From Gammaproteobacteria bacterium (GTDB lineage Bacteria; Pseudomonadota; Gammaproteobacteria; GCA-002705445; GCA-002716945), in contig JBLFWM010000004.1 in assembly GCA_047611265.1 (NCBI GenBank), positions 4,771 through 68,770 on the forward strand: DNA of 64,000 bases, read 5' to 3'. Below the pieces are notes generated by a model. The model was not told where the DNA came from and searched no databases. It saw only the letters and a list, made by a program, of their open reading frames with translations. Of this stretch, positions 52,671-62,806 are shown in pieces. Each line of letters starts with the position of its first letter. The stretch's first letter is position 1. The position numbers and the translations under genes are program-made.

Positions 52671-53978
52671 ATGAATAATACAGGTTTATGGGATAAATGC
52701 CTACAGGCATTCTGCGACAACCTCTCAGAAAAACAAATGAAAATGTGGATTCACCCTCTTGAGGTCAGCTGTGATAGCGATACTCTGCGCGTTATTGCGC
52801 CAAATAAATATATAAAAGACATTGTAGAAAGTGATTTTATTGAACTAATTAAAGAAATAGTCCTAGCTAAAAGCAACAATGAGGTATCGGTGGTTAAACT
52901 ATCCTTGCCAGAAGTTAAAGCTACAGCAAGAATAATTCCTAAAACAAAAAGCTCTAGTATAAAATCTTCGCTGAATCCTGACTTAAATTTTGAAAACTTT
53001 GTTGAAGGAAAATCTAACCAGCTTGCAAAAGCAGCTTGTTCATCAGTGGTAACAGAGCTTGGACAATATAACCCCCTTTATATATATGGTGGGGTGGGGT
53101 TAGGTAAGACTCATTTGCTACACTCAATAGGAAATGAAATTCTCAAGCAAGACAAAAAAAAGAAGGTTGTTTATTTACACTCAGAAAAGTTTGTTCAAAA
53201 CATGGTTACCGCATTAAGGACTAATAAAATAGAAGAGTTTAAAGATTTTTATAGGTCTGTTGACGCTTTGCTGTTAGATGATATTCAATTTTTTGCGAAC
53301 AAAGAGAGGTCACAGGAGGAGTTTTTCCATACTTTCAACACGTTGTTTGAATATAAGAAACAGGTCGTCCTAACATCTGATAAATACCCTAAAGAGATAG
53401 CTGGTTTAGAGGAAAGGATTAAATCTAGATTGGTGTGGGGAATGAGTGTAACAATAGATCCCCCAGACTTAGAAACACGCGTGGCTATTTTACATGGTAA
53501 GGCAGAAGCTGTGAACCAAAAAATTCCAGATGATGTTGCTTATTATTTGGCAAAAAACGTATATTCAAATGTGAGAGAGTTAGAGGGGAGTTTAAGACGG
53601 GTTTTAGCTACAGCGCATTTTAAGCGAATGCCGGTTACCTTGGCTTTTACAAAAGAAACCTTAAAAGACCTAATATCATTACAAGAAAGGCTTATGACTA
53701 TAGAGCAAATACAGAAAACAGTGGCAACTTATTATAACGTGAGGGTTTCAGACTTATTGTCTGCAAAAAGAGATAGAAAGATTACGCTCCCAAGACACAT
53801 TGCTATGTCTATCGCAAAACAACTAACCAGCCACAGCCTCCCAACCATAGGGGACGCTTTCGGTGGAAGAGACCATACAACTGTTCTCCACGCTTGTAAA
53901 AAAATAAAAGCCTTAAGGTTAACCTCGGCATCGTTAGACCAAGATTGTCAAAACATATTACACACGTTAAATAATTAA
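52671..53978 (+). CDS. dnaA: chromosomal replication initiator DnaA
   Basis: AAA+ Walker A GGVGLGKTHL. C-terminal DNA-binding domain. 435 aa. Confidence 0.95.
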   Translation: MNNTGLWDKCLQAFCDNLSEKQMKMWIHPLEVSCDSDTLRVIAPNKYIKDIVESDFIELIKEIVLAKSNNEVSVVKLSLPEVKATARIIPKTKSSSIKSSLNPDLNFENFVEGKSNQLAKAACSSVVTELGQYNPLYIYGGVGLGKTHLLHSIGNEILKQDKKKKVVYLHSEKFVQNMVTALRTNKIEEFKDFYRSVDALLLDDIQFFANKERSQEEFFHTFNTLFEYKKQVVLTSDKYPKEIAGLEERIKSRLVWGMSVTIDPPDLETRVAILHGKAEAVNQKIPDDVAYYLAKNVYSNVRELEGSLRRVLATAHFKRMPVTLAFTKETLKDLISLQERLMTIEQIQKTVATYYNVRVSDLLSAKRDRKITLPRHIAMSIAKQLTSHSLPTIGDAFGGRDHTTVLHACKKIKALRLTSASLDQDCQNILHTLNN

Positions 53979-54153
53979 CTGTTAGTAAACCCTGGAAAAG
54001 AAATTAACAACTTATAGTCCACAAGTTATACAGGATTTAATCAACCTGTAAAAATACCCCACTAACCACAACTCACAAATTAAACAACAACAGCTTTAAC
54101 TTTCAAGGAAAATTATCAAAACATAATAATAAAAATAATATATAATTTTAAAT

Positions 54154-55266
54154 ATGATTATATCCATACAGCGTGAAAAACTAATTAACCCGTTAAAACA
54201 AATGGTGGGTGTTTCTGAGAAAAAGCAAACTATGCCTATATTAGGCAATGTTCTTCTTAGAAGTGAAGAAGGATCGCTTTTACTTGTTTCTAGCGATTTA
54301 GAGGTTGAGGTTTCCACGTCTATCCCCTATGAAACAGAGGGTGGTATTAACACAACCTTACCTGCTCGGAAATTTCTTGATATTCTTAAATCTCTGCCGG
54401 GTTCTGATCTAGTGAACATAGAGGTTGGTGAAACTAAGGCGACGATTAAGTCTGGAAGAAGTAAGTTTACTCTTGCGACGATTCCAGGTTCTGAATTCCC
54501 CTACAAAGAAGAGGTTAATGAATTTAAATTTAGTGTGTTAGCGGCAGACCTTGATAACCTTATCGGTCAAACAGGTTTTTCAATGGCGACACAGGACGCG
54601 AGGCATTTTCTAAACGGTATGTTTTTAGAAGTGTCAAAAAACAAACTAACTGTTGTTGCTACTGATGGGCACAGACTGTCAATGTCTTCAGCTAAAACGG
54701 AAAACCCCATCGATGAACCAGTGAGTTGTATAGTGCCAAGAAAATGCATTATTGAAATTAAACGTATTTTAACAACATTTAAAGACAATAAAGAGAATTT
54801 AGTAGAATTTATGGTTACAAACCGCGAAATAGTTATTAAAATTGATGGGTTTATTGTTAAAAGTAAACTAATCGAAGGGAACTACCCAGACTATAAAAAA
54901 GTGTTTCCTGAATCACTTCCCCATAAACTCACCACCGACAAACAAGACCTAAAAGCAGCACTTCAAAGAATGTCTATTCTTTCCAATGAGCAATTTAAGG
55001 GGGTTAAGCTGTCCCTTAACAAATCAGACATAAAACTGTCAACAAACAACCCTTCTTTAGAAGAGGGTGAAGACAACATACCTTGTGAGTACTCGGGTGA
55101 GAGCTTTGATATTGGCTTTAACTTAAGTTACTTACTTGAGGTTATTGACGTGATCTCTTCTGATAATATTGAAATACAACTCAACAACGCTGATTCCGGG
55201 TGCTTAATATCATCTAAAGATGAAGCCGCTATGAATAAATATATTATTATGCCAATGCGGGTTTAG
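54154..55266 (+). CDS. dnaN: DNA polymerase III beta sliding clamp
   Basis: 370 aa, three-domain clamp sequence. dnaA-dnaN-recF-gyrB synteny. Confidence 0.9.
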   Translation: MIISIQREKLINPLKQMVGVSEKKQTMPILGNVLLRSEEGSLLLVSSDLEVEVSTSIPYETEGGINTTLPARKFLDILKSLPGSDLVNIEVGETKATIKSGRSKFTLATIPGSEFPYKEEVNEFKFSVLAADLDNLIGQTGFSMATQDARHFLNGMFLEVSKNKLTVVATDGHRLSMSSAKTENPIDEPVSCIVPRKCIIEIKRILTTFKDNKENLVEFMVTNREIVIKIDGFIVKSKLIEGNYPDYKKVFPESLPHKLTTDKQDLKAALQRMSILSNEQFKGVKLSLNKSDIKLSTNNPSLEEGEDNIPCEYSGESFDIGFNLSYLLEVIDVISSDNIEIQLNNADSGCLISSKDEAAMNKYIIMPMRV

Positions 55267-55267
55267 T

Positions 55268-56377
55268 TTGTACATTAAACAATACTCTGCCTCTAAACTA
55301 AGGAGTATTAATCTTGCAACCCTTTTCCCATCAAGGTATGTCAATATAATTGTTGGCAACAACAACGCCGGAAAAACTTCTTTAATTGAAGGTATATATT
55401 ATTGCTCTGCTCTTAAGAGTTTTAAGGCAGTACAAACCGAAACATTAATACAAAAGAACGAAAATTCTTTTAAACTTCTTTTAAAAGCTGTTAAATGTGG
55501 TGATAATTTAGATATATACACTGAAAAGTCCTTAAGTTCTCCTAAAATAGTTAAAGTGAACGAGAAAAAGGTAACAACTAAAACCTTACTCTTAACTTTG
55601 CCGTGTATTGCCCTCTCGTTTGGCATTGAAAATATAATTATACAGTCGTCAGAGCAAAGAAGAGGGTTTCTTGACTGGGGGTCGTTCCACGTGGAACCTA
55701 AACACTTAACTAACTTTAAAAACTTTACTAGATCTTTAAAACAACGAAACAGCCTACTTAAAAAATCTGACACAATTAATATTGATTATTGGACTAAAGA
55801 GGTGTTTAAGCATGGGCTTCTTGTACACGAACAAAGAAATGAATATTTTATTGACCTTAATAGGGAGTTTATAAACTACACGGATAAATTAATAAATTTT
55901 GACAAAAGTGCTTATGATGACATTAAAAACACCACAATTGATTATTACAAAGGTTGGGACAAAGGGGTTGGGTTAGACGAAGCCTTAATAAACAGTCTAA
56001 ACAAAGACAAGGCTATAAAACATACAAGCGTTGGACCCCACAGGGGAGACCTTTTGTTTAGCGTTAATGGGACAGACTTAAAAAACATATCTTCCATGTC
56101 TACACAAATTATAATTAGTTTATTATTGGTATTAAGCCAGGCAGAGGTGTTTCACGTGAAACACGGGTTCAGACCAGTAATACTAATAGATGATTTATTT
56201 TTTGGAATAGATGATAAGAACCTAAGGCTTGTGATAAACTTACTAGTAGGCTCAAAAGCACAGTGTTTTATTACAGCGCCAGACCTATATAAAGAAAAGA
56301 TAAAAAGCCTTGGCAGAACAGCTAACGAGGTTAAAATGTATGAGTTTATAGATGGAGAAATACAAGAGGGAATTTAA
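55268..56377 (+). CDS. recF: DNA replication and repair protein RecF
   Basis: Walker A GNNNAGKTS. SMC-like signature. Synteny. Confidence 0.9.
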   Translation: MYIKQYSASKLRSINLATLFPSRYVNIIVGNNNAGKTSLIEGIYYCSALKSFKAVQTETLIQKNENSFKLLLKAVKCGDNLDIYTEKSLSSPKIVKVNEKKVTTKTLLLTLPCIALSFGIENIIIQSSEQRRGFLDWGSFHVEPKHLTNFKNFTRSLKQRNSLLKKSDTINIDYWTKEVFKHGLLVHEQRNEYFIDLNREFINYTDKLINFDKSAYDDIKNTTIDYYKGWDKGVGLDEALINSLNKDKAIKHTSVGPHRGDLLFSVNGTDLKNISSMSTQIIISLLLVLSQAEVFHVKHGFRPVILIDDLFFGIDDKNLRLVINLLVGSKAQCFITAPDLYKEKIKSLGRTANEVKMYEFIDGEIQEGI

Positions 56378-58782
56378 TGACAGATAAAACATATGACTCA
56401 TCCAATATAAAAGTCCTAAAAGGACTTGAAGCAGTACAAAAAAGACCCGGCATGTATATCGGTGATACAGATGATGGTAGTGGCCTGCACCAGATGATAT
56501 TTGAGGTTATGGATAATTCAATAGACGAGGCGCTAGCCGGTCACTGTGATACTGTTGACATTACAATACACGAGGACCAGTCCGTTACCGTAATAGACAA
56601 TGGAAGAGGGATACCTGTTGACATGCACCCGGGTGAAAAAAAATCAGCAGCAGAAGTTATTCTTACGGTGTTGCATGCTGGTGGTAAATTTGATGACGAC
56701 TCATATAAAGTATCTGGAGGCCTCCATGGAGTTGGGGTGTCAGTTGTGAACGCGTTGTCAGAAACTCTGGAACTAACGGTTTACAAAGGCGGTAAAATTT
56801 ATAGCCAAGAGTATAAAGATAGCAAGCCTGTAGAAGCCCTAAAGGTCACAGGAGACACCGAGCTCAAAGGAACAAAGATTTCATTTAAACCCAGCAAGAA
56901 ATATTTTACTCTCACAAAATATAATACTGATACGTTAAGGAGAAGGTTCAAGGAATTAGCTTTTCTAAATAGCGGTATAACAATAAAATTTACTGATGAA
57001 GCAAAATCAGTAAAAGATGAATTTAAGTATGACGGGGGTATTGTTGAATACATAAAAGAATTAACTAGAAAAAAAACATTAATACAAAATGAAATTATTT
57101 ACTTCAAAAGTGAATCAAAAAATATTGCAGTTGAAATGGCAATGTTATGGAGCACTGCATACAATGAAGAAGTTTTGTGTTTTACAAACAATATCCCTCA
57201 AAAAGACGGAGGAACACACTTGTCTGGCTTTAAGGCGTCACTCACTAAAACTATAAACAGTGTATTTGATAAACAGCCTGGCACTAAAAAAGATAAAATT
57301 GATCTTACGGGAGAAGATGCGAGAGAAGGTATCACGGCAATTATATCTGTTAAAATGTCTGACCCTAAATTTTCATCACAAACAAAAGATAAGCTGGTTT
57401 CATCAGAAGTTAAGGGGATAGTTGAGTCTAGTCTAAACAGAAAACTTCATGAGTTTTTTGAGGAGAACCCCAAAGAGCTTAAAGCTATTATTGCAAAAGT
57501 ATTCCAAGCAGCTAAAGCAAGAGAAGAAGCAAGAAAAGCAAAAGACCTAATTAGGCGCAAAGACCCGTTAAGCATAGGCAATCTTCCTGGCAAGCTTGCT
57601 GACTGTCAAGAGAAAGACCCTACAAAAACTGAGCTATTTATCGTTGAGGGTGATTCAGCTGGAGGATCTGCTAAACAAGCGAGGGACAGGAAAACCCAGG
57701 CAATTTTACCCCTTAAGGGAAAAATACTAAATACTCAGCGAGCACAAGACCACAAGGTTCTTTCTTCTTCTGAAATTGCTACTTTAATCACGGCCTTAGG
57801 CTGTGGGTTTGGAGACGATGTTGATTTAGATAATTTACGTTACGGTAAAATTATTATTATGACCGATGCAGATGTTGATGGTGCACACATAAGAACTCTA
57901 TTACTCACACTGTTTGAAACTAAAATGAAGTTACTTATAGATAATGGCCATGTTTTTATTGCTCAGCCACCACTATATAAAATGAAAAAAGGTAAATCAG
58001 AAAAATATCTTAAGGATGATTCTGAGCTTGCAAGTTTTATTAATAATGACATCTCTAATACATATAAATTATTTATTGATAGCAAGGAAGTAACCCAAGA
58101 AAACACTCTTGAGCTTCTAAATACTTATTCCACCATGAGTGATATTTTAGGACAGTTTTCTTCTAAAAGGGATAAATATATATTACATAATCTTGCCTTT
58201 TTTGAAACACTATCTGTAGATACCTTAAAATCTTTTAAAGCATTAACCTCTTGGTGTAAATCATTTACACAACACATTAATGAAAATACTCCTATTAATT
58301 TATCGTTTGCGCTTACTCCGTCAGAAAATGTATCTGAAGATAAAATTTATTCTATTAACATTACTAAAACAACGAATGGTGTTGTTACATCTCAAGACCC
58401 GTTAAGTAAACACTTCTTTAGCTCTGACTCTTATACTGACCTAGTTTCCTTAAAGTTTGGAATCTATACAAGATCTGTGTTTACCTATACTGATAAAAAT
58501 GATGGCCCTGAATCTAGCCCTTCTAATTTAACAGATTGTTTTAACGCATTAATTGCTGCCTCAAAAGGATCAATTACACTTCAGCGTTACAAAGGTCTTG
58601 GGGAAATGAATCCTAACCAACTTGAAGAGACAACTATGAATGTTAAAAGTAGAACTTTGTTAAAAGTTTTACCTTTAGAAGACGGCAATCAGGTTGTAGT
58701 GGAGCTTATGGGTGATGATGTTGAAATGAGAAAACAATTTATCAAACAAAAATATTCTTCTGTTAAAAATCTAGACATATGA
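56377..58782 (+). CDS. gyrB: DNA gyrase subunit B
   Basis: GHKL ATPase, Toprim (EGDSAGGS) and C-terminal domains. 801 aa. Confidence 0.97.
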   Translation: MTDKTYDSSNIKVLKGLEAVQKRPGMYIGDTDDGSGLHQMIFEVMDNSIDEALAGHCDTVDITIHEDQSVTVIDNGRGIPVDMHPGEKKSAAEVILTVLHAGGKFDDDSYKVSGGLHGVGVSVVNALSETLELTVYKGGKIYSQEYKDSKPVEALKVTGDTELKGTKISFKPSKKYFTLTKYNTDTLRRRFKELAFLNSGITIKFTDEAKSVKDEFKYDGGIVEYIKELTRKKTLIQNEIIYFKSESKNIAVEMAMLWSTAYNEEVLCFTNNIPQKDGGTHLSGFKASLTKTINSVFDKQPGTKKDKIDLTGEDAREGITAIISVKMSDPKFSSQTKDKLVSSEVKGIVESSLNRKLHEFFEENPKELKAIIAKVFQAAKAREEARKAKDLIRRKDPLSIGNLPGKLADCQEKDPTKTELFIVEGDSAGGSAKQARDRKTQAILPLKGKILNTQRAQDHKVLSSSEIATLITALGCGFGDDVDLDNLRYGKIIIMTDADVDGAHIRTLLLTLFETKMKLLIDNGHVFIAQPPLYKMKKGKSEKYLKDDSELASFINNDISNTYKLFIDSKEVTQENTLELLNTYSTMSDILGQFSSKRDKYILHNLAFFETLSVDTLKSFKALTSWCKSFTQHINENTPINLSFALTPSENVSEDKIYSINITKTTNGVVTSQDPLSKHFFSSDSYTDLVSLKFGIYTRSVFTYTDKNDGPESSPSNLTDCFNALIAASKGSITLQRYKGLGEMNPNQLEETTMNVKSRTLLKVLPLEDGNQVVVELMGDDVEMRKQFIKQKYSSVKNLDI

Positions 58783-59561
58783 TCGTTGTTACGTGGAATG
58801 TAAATTCTATTAAAGTTCGGCTGCATGCGGTATTGCAATACTTGTCAGAAGAAAACCCCGATGTACTTGTTCTCCAAGAAACAAAAAGCATTGATGAAAA
58901 TTTTCCAGTATCAGCTTTTTCTGACATTGGTTACCATGTTATTTTCTGTGGCCAAAAAACATATAATGGAGTTGCTATTATTTCTAAAGACGAGCCTCAA
59001 GACGTCCATATTAACCCTGTGTCTACAGATGAAAATGAAATGAGATCAATTTCAGCAATTTATAATGGAATAAGAATTGTTAATCTCTATGTTGTAAATG
59101 GGCAAAATGTTGGAACTCCAAAATATGAATATAAACTTAAATGGTTAAACAAATTAATTTCTTATACAAAAAAAGAGTTAGAAAAAAGTAACGACCTTAT
59201 ACTTTTAGGTGATTTTAATATTGCTCCTACAGACAATGATGTTTTTGATGTTGAGATAACTCATGATGAAATACTTTGTTCACCTAAAGAAAGAGAATTG
59301 CTTACCAAACTTCTTTCCATGGGCTTGCATGACCTCTTTAATGATTATGATTACCCTTCTCAAACCTTTACATGGTGGGATTATCGAGGTGGTGCATTTC
59401 AGAGAAATATTGGTTATAGAATTGACCTTGTACTTGGATCAAAGTCTATAAAAAAACGATGTTCAGAGTATTTTATTGACAAGAAAACCCGTCATAAGTC
59501 ATGGTGCCTTGCTGAACCTAGAACGTCTGACCACGTTCCCGTCAGAGTTTTATTAGATTAA
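58779..59561 (+). CDS. xthA: exodeoxyribonuclease III
   Basis: EEP-family motifs (WNVNS...QETK, ...SDHVP). Confidence 0.85.
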   Translation: MIVVTWNVNSIKVRLHAVLQYLSEENPDVLVLQETKSIDENFPVSAFSDIGYHVIFCGQKTYNGVAIISKDEPQDVHINPVSTDENEMRSISAIYNGIRIVNLYVVNGQNVGTPKYEYKLKWLNKLISYTKKELEKSNDLILLGDFNIAPTDNDVFDVEITHDEILCSPKERELLTKLLSMGLHDLFNDYDYPSQTFTWWDYRGGAFQRNIGYRIDLVLGSKSIKKRCSEYFIDKKTRHKSWCLAEPRTSDHVPVRVLLD

Positions 59562-59621
59562 TTTTTTAATGGTAGTTTGAAATTCTCTTTGTTATGATGA
59601 GAGAACATTAGGAGACATACC

Positions 59622-60248
59622 ATGAAATCAATTATGGTCATTAATTCAAAAGGCGGTTCTGGCAAGACTACAGTATCTGTTAATCTAGCTGCATATTGTG
59701 CTCAATTTGGCTTTAAAACAACATTAGTTGACCTTGACCCTCAAGAGTCTAGTACACAGTGGTTAGAAGCCAGACCTTTGTCTAAAGCAAAAATAAACGG
59801 AACAAAAAATTTTAACAAACCTCTTAAAAAAGAGAAGAAATCTGTTGTAATTTATGATGTGCCTGCAGCAATATATGGGTCGAGACTAGACACGTATGTT
59901 AAAAAAGCTAATATGATTATCGTGCCTGTGCTTCCTTCGCCTATAGACATGAAGGCTGCAAAAGTTTTTATTCAACATCTTAGATCCATGGGGCCTGTTA
60001 TTAGAAATCAAATAAAAGTAGGGTTAGTGGCTAATCGTTGTAGAGCGAACACAAATATATTTTTAGAACTAGATACTTATTTATTGAAAGAGAAGGGTAT
60101 GAAATATATTACTGCTTTTCGAGACAATACGAATTATATAAAATCTGCAAGCACGGGGCTGGGTATTTTTGAAATGGGTGCAAGCGCTACTGCGCAAGAT
60201 CGCGAAGAATGGAAGCCATTAATTAAATGGTTAGAGCTAACTTCTTAA
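59622..60248 (+). CDS. small orphan ParA/MinD-family P-loop ATPase (type Ib ParF-like size)
   Basis: Deviant Walker A NSKGGSGKTT. 208 aa, no N-terminal HTH, no adjacent parB-like gene. Confidence 0.65.
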   Translation: MKSIMVINSKGGSGKTTVSVNLAAYCAQFGFKTTLVDLDPQESSTQWLEARPLSKAKINGTKNFNKPLKKEKKSVVIYDVPAAIYGSRLDTYVKKANMIIVPVLPSPIDMKAAKVFIQHLRSMGPVIRNQIKVGLVANRCRANTNIFLELDTYLLKEKGMKYITAFRDNTNYIKSASTGLGIFEMGASATAQDREEWKPLIKWLELTS

Positions 60249-61097
60249 GCATTTTTTTATTCCTATACGTGCATCTTTGTATGTAATGCAACCATAAAAT
60301 ATTTTTTTCATCTTTTCAACGTTAAGAATTCGTGATTCTTTTAAGAAACTCAGTCTTTTTTCTGAATATGTTTGCAATGCCTGCTCAAACGTAATGTATT
60401 CTGGCAACTTAATATTAATGGCTTCATAAACATGCTCATAGTATGTTGTAGTCTTGATTGGATTCCCGTCACTTACGTTAATTATTTCTATCTTATTTTC
60501 CAAAGCTATTGATGCTATACATATTCTTGCAAGGTCTTCTACATGTATTATATTCGTTACCCTGCTTTCATTATTATTTACTAACGGCTCTCTTAATTTA
60601 ACTCTGTCTACAGGAAGCCTCCCTTTCCCATATATACCAGGGACTCTTAAAATAATTAATTTTATATTATTCTTTTTTGAGAAGCGCATTAATTGATTTT
60701 CTGCATCAACTCTTCTTGTTGCTCTTTCAGTTATTGGCGCAACCCCCGTATTTTCATCTACTACTCTACCCTTGCAATCACCATAAACTCCACTTGTGCT
60801 TGTATATATTATTTTTTTTATTTTTAAGTTAGAAATATTTTTTATAAATTTCTTTATTCGGTCATCTTTATTAGAGAAGGTGCTTGGTGGTGCCATGTAA
60901 ATTACAGTGCTATTTTCTGCAAACTGCAAATCTATTTTTTCTTCATCAAAATCTCTAATAATATTCTCTATATCAGCCGGTCTATTTTTTTTAGTTCTAC
61001 AAACTTCTTTTACAGCAAAATTATATTGATTTTGGAGTATAAGATTTATTATATATCCGCCCAAATAGCCACTGCCAGCTAAAATTAATTTATCCAT
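60237..61097 (-). CDS. NAD-dependent epimerase/dehydratase-family (atypical SDR) protein
   Basis: N-terminal GSGYLG Rossmann motif. YGKGR region. Confidence 0.55.
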   Translation of the reverse strand: MDKLILAGSGYLGGYIINLILQNQYNFAVKEVCRTKKNRPADIENIIRDFDEEKIDLQFAENSTVIYMAPPSTFSNKDDRIKKFIKNISNLKIKKIIYTSTSGVYGDCKGRVVDENTGVAPITERATRRVDAENQLMRFSKKNNIKLIILRVPGIYGKGRLPVDRVKLREPLVNNNESRVTNIIHVEDLARICIASIALENKIEIINVSDGNPIKTTTYYEHVYEAINIKLPEYITFEQALQTYSEKRLSFLKESRILNVEKMKKIFYGCITYKDARIGIKKCLRS

Positions 61098-61821
61098 TAT
61101 TATGCTCTTTTATAATTCTAATGTATTCCGCAGCCTCTTCATTATTATTGATGAGAACTGTGTCATTTATATTCTCCATATTTACGCCTTCTACCAGTCT
61201 CATGTTTGGGACTACAAGTATATTTTTATTCTTGCTCTTAATTAATTTTAGTTTTGAGACTAAATTTTCTAAAGCTGTTTTACTTGAAATAATAAAATAA
61301 TTATTCATATTTGTTTTTATTAAATCTTTTAAAGAATTTAGATTTTCTGGCTCTCTTTTATATACATCTACAACCAACACTTCATGGTTCTTTTCTTTAA
61401 TCTTATCTTCAAGATAAGTTCTTCCGTCTTGGCCTTTTATAATTAAAAACTTAGATTTTATGTCAGAGTCTTGTGTAATGCGATCTAGAAGTTTTTCGCT
61501 AGAATAATTTTTTTGAGGGTAAAGGGCTTCTAAGAAGAATGTTTCTTTGATTTTTCTTGCACTATATTTTCCTAAGCAATATATTTTTATTTTATTATTT
61601 TTTCTAATCTGCTCATGAATTTCAAACGAGTAATCAATAGCATTTTTACTTTGGAATATTACATTAATCTTGTTATTTAAAATATCTATAATTTTTGCAA
61701 CATCATATTTAATTGGAAATGTTTTAACTGCCATAATCTGATGGATGGTTGCTTTATTTAGCATGCAGTATTTTTGCATGTCTTCATATATTGACATTTG
61801 TGACAAAACTATCAGGTTCAT
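61090..61821 (-). CDS. hemD: uroporphyrinogen-III synthase (inferred from position after hemC)
   Basis: 243-aa ORF immediately downstream of hemC, overlapping its end. Weak HemD-like two-domain sequence. Call rests mostly on synteny. Confidence 0.5.
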   Translation of the reverse strand: MNLIVLSQMSIYEDMQKYCMLNKATIHQIMAVKTFPIKYDVAKIIDILNNKINVIFQSKNAIDYSFEIHEQIRKNNKIKIYCLGKYSARKIKETFFLEALYPQKNYSSEKLLDRITQDSDIKSKFLIIKGQDGRTYLEDKIKEKNHEVLVVDVYKREPENLNSLKDLIKTNMNNYFIISSKTALENLVSKLKLIKSKNKNILVVPNMRLVEGVNMENINDTVLINNNEEAAEYIRIIKEHNNG

Positions 61822-62735
61822 TACTTTTTAAGACCTAGTAGCGCCTTAGCCCCCTGTTTAATGAATAGCTTTGCCATATAAGATCCCACGCTTCCCGAAG
61901 CTTTGTTTATATCTACGACATAAGAACTTTTGATATGTTTGTTTCCATCTAAACTTGAAACATACGCTTCAATTTTTATGCTCTCATTTTTTATTACTGC
62001 ATGCGCGCCTATAGGAGACATACAGTCGCCACCTATCTCTTTGACAAAATTTCTTTCTTCAGTTACACATTTTTCAACATTGTCAATTTTGTGTTTATTT
62101 AAAATCTTTTCTATATGTTTATTTTTCTTTAAATATTCAATGCACAGCACTCCTTGTCCTGCCGATGGCACAAAGTCTTCAATAGGAATATATTCAGAAA
62201 TGTATTTTTTTAAAGACATTCTATGGAGACCAGCTGCAGCTAGTATTATCCCGTCAATTTTTTGTTCTTCCATTTTTTTTAACCTTGTTTGAATATTTCC
62301 TCTTATTTCAATTATCTTAAAGTCTTTTGATATATTTTTTAACATAGCAATTCTTCGCGGGCTTGAGGTACCAATTGTTGCATCAGCTGGCAAGTCGTTT
62401 ATTGTTTTATATTTTTTAGATACAAACGCGTCACAGGGATTTTCTCTGTTTGATATAGTTATTATAGAAAATTTATTTTCTAGTATCATAGGTACATCTT
62501 TAAGTGAGTGAACAGCAATATCTGTGTCTCCGCGTAACAAGGACTCTTCTAATTCTTTAAGAAATAAACCTTTCCCGCCATGTATCTTAAATTCTTTTGG
62601 TGAAACTTTGTCGCCACTAGACACCATTGAAACAATTTCTACCTTATTATGTTTTGAAAGCATAGCGCTTACCATTTTTGCCTGTTCTAAGGCCAGAGGA
62701 CTATTTCTTGTGGCAATTCTAATTATATTTTTCAT
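61821..62735 (-). CDS. hemC: porphobilinogen deaminase (hydroxymethylbilane synthase)
   Basis: N-terminal IRIATRNSPLALEQA. Cofactor-binding Cys region (GGDCMSPIGAHA). Confidence 0.9.
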   Translation of the reverse strand: MKNIIRIATRNSPLALEQAKMVSAMLSKHNKVEIVSMVSSGDKVSPKEFKIHGGKGLFLKELEESLLRGDTDIAVHSLKDVPMILENKFSIITISNRENPCDAFVSKKYKTINDLPADATIGTSSPRRIAMLKNISKDFKIIEIRGNIQTRLKKMEEQKIDGIILAAAGLHRMSLKKYISEYIPIEDFVPSAGQGVLCIEYLKKNKHIEKILNKHKIDNVEKCVTEERNFVKEIGGDCMSPIGAHAVIKNESIKIEAYVSSLDGNKHIKSSYVVDINKASGSVGSYMAKLFIKQGAKALLGLKK

Positions 62736-62806
62736 ATTTATAATTTTTTGTTTTTATTTATACTATACTTACTGATAAATAATGTAATTAAAAATTAACA
62801 AATATC

